Shown one piece after another: positions 34,280 through 35,079 of a stretch of 35,079 nt of DNA. The translations under genes were made by a program, and so were the position numbers. Where the stretch lies: positions 1-35,079 of the forward strand of contig CAZFQH010000001.1 in the NCBI GenBank assembly GCA_964520805.1, written 5' to 3'. This stretch comes from an uncultured Acidobacteriota bacterium (GTDB taxonomy: Bacteria; Acidobacteriota; Vicinamibacteria; Fen-336; JAGNNV01). The notes beneath the pieces were generated by a model. That model was not told the DNA's origin, did no database searches, and was given only the letters and a program-made list of their open reading frames with translations. The stretch's first letter is position 1, and each line of letters begins with the position of its first letter.

Positions 34280-34426
34280 GGTGCGTCGCGGATGATACTG
34301 GACTCCCTGGTGTCGGGCCTCGCAAATCCGCGCTGACTGCGAGGGTTGAGGCGCCCGGAGGAGGCAAGGAGATCCTCCTCTTGCCGATCCCCATGCCACA
34401 TGCCAAAGTATTCGCGGTAGCGGAAT

Positions 34427-35079
34427 ATGAACAATACAGAAGTGCCGACTCTGCTGACGCTCGCGGAAACATCCGACTTCCGAAGAACCGGGCGCATTGA
34501 TGAAGTCGAGCGCCTTTGCGCCGCGTTTTCTCGTCAATGGCCGGAGGCTGTGCACGCTTTTGAGTACGGGCGTTCGGCGCAAGGACGGCCGCTCCTGGCC
34601 CTTCTGGTTTCGCGGGCGGGGAGCATGGACCCCGCCGAGTTGCGACGCCGGAGCGTGCCTTTGCTGATGCTTCAGGCGGGCATTCACCCGGGGGAAAGCG
34701 ACGGCAAGGACGCTGGCTTCATTGCGCTGCGCGAATTGCTGAGCGGGGCCGTCCTAAGCGGCGTTCTCGAACGCGTGGCCCTGCTTTTCGTGCCGGCCTT
34801 CAATACGGACGGCCATGAGCGCTCGGGCCGTGGAAATCGCCCCAATCAGAACGGGCCCGAGGAAACCGGCTGGCGCGCCACCGCGCAGAATCTGAACCTC
34901 AATCGCGACTACATGAAAGCGGACGCCCCGGAAATGCAGGCCATGTTGCGGCTGCTTCAGCAGTGGGATCCCCTGGTATGCGCGGATCTCCATGTGACCG
35001 ATGGGGCCGACTTCGAACCCGACATCTCACTCCAGGCAGAACCCATCAACCAAGGCGACCTGCGGCTGCGGGCGAGCGG
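34427..35079 (+). CDS. M14-family zinc carboxypeptidase, 3'-partial (runs off window end); absent from the supplied ORF track
   Basis: My own translation from ATG 34427 (in-frame TAG at 34418-34420) has no stop to 35079: MNNTEVPTLLTLAETSDFRRTGRIDEVERL...GIHPGESDG (HxxE Zn motif)...NLNRDY...CADLHVTDG. Confidence 0.7.
   Translation, partial: MNNTEVPTLLTLAETSDFRRTGRIDEVERLCAAFSRQWPEAVHAFEYGRSAQGRPLLALLVSRAGSMDPAELRRRSVPLLMLQAGIHPGESDGKDAGFIALRELLSGAVLSGVLERVALLFVPAFNTDGHERSGRGNRPNQNGPEETGWRATAQNLNLNRDYMKADAPEMQAMLRLLQQWDPLVCADLHVTDGADFEPDISLQAEPINQGDLRLRAS

Noticed and set aside
34360-34395. GGAGGAG...CTCCTC inverted repeat in the ALDH/M14 intergenic region.
   Set aside because: The stems are only 5-6 bp with several competing registers, and there is no conservation to compare against. 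This is not enough to call a regulatory element.
34280-34687. 136-codon upstream extension of the aldehyde dehydrogenase ORF (track 32693-34687).
   Set aside because: There is no ALDH homology in the extension, and it overlaps the divergent M14 gene start. MTMHPVLIAGQW at 34279 gives the expected ~528-aa length.
34754-34993. 79-aa minus-strand ORF from the track.
   Set aside because: It is antisense to the M14 carboxypeptidase reading frame, which carries clear family motifs.
1-35079. Search by eye for CRISPR arrays, tRNA/rRNA genes, transposases/integrases, terminal inverted repeats and toxin-antitoxin or defence-type gene pairs.
   Set aside because: None was found. All repeats seen are explained by the paralogous TBDR cassettes, and the rearrangement scar has no mobile-element ORF.

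Overview
High-GC bacterial window. The TonB-dependent receptors carry an N-terminal carboxypeptidase-regulatory-like domain and there is no SusD, which suggests Acidobacteriota; this is an inference. The window is a polysaccharide-utilisation-like accessory locus for fucosylated and probably sulfated glycans or glycoproteins. It contains about 20 intact genes: a GH95 alpha-L-fucosidase (5'-partial) translationally coupled to a DPP-IV-type S9 peptidase; an AraC regulator; a 1006-aa TonB-dependent receptor (TBDR) leading an operon with an oxidative L-fucose-type module (amidohydrolase-2 lactonase, Zn-MDR dehydrogenase, aldo-keto reductase) and a Cys-type S1 sulfatase; a GntR/FadR regulator; a sugar ABC importer whose binding-protein gene sits apart from the permease-ATPase-permease genes; a second sulfatase; an octaheme cytochrome c-TPR fusion; a DHDPS/NAL-family enzyme beside an alpha-ketoglutarate-semialdehyde-type aldehyde dehydrogenase; and a 3'-partial M14 carboxypeptidase that is missing from the supplied ORF track. 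Three observations stand out. (1) Two diverged full-length paralogs (4051-6138 and 17666-19801) encode a secreted LamG jelly-roll plus a C-terminal module of about 450 aa that I cannot assign to any family. Each sits directly downstream of a transcription factor, so they are candidates for a new glycan-active enzyme family. (2) A promoter+TBDR cassette occurs three times in different states of decay: intact; frameshifted by an internal deletion of about 220 bp; and reduced to about 130 bp of upstream region fused to the last ~90 codons. A 3'-truncated GH95 lies next to the third copy. (3) The cassette promoters share low-GC motifs: GGTCAATAA direct repeats exactly 21 bp apart (AraC-like) and a TTGTATACAA-type palindrome (GntR/FadR-like). 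The palindrome also occurs in the GntR/ABC divergent region. No rRNA, tRNA, CRISPR array or transposase was seen. All family assignments come from reading motifs by eye; no searches were run.
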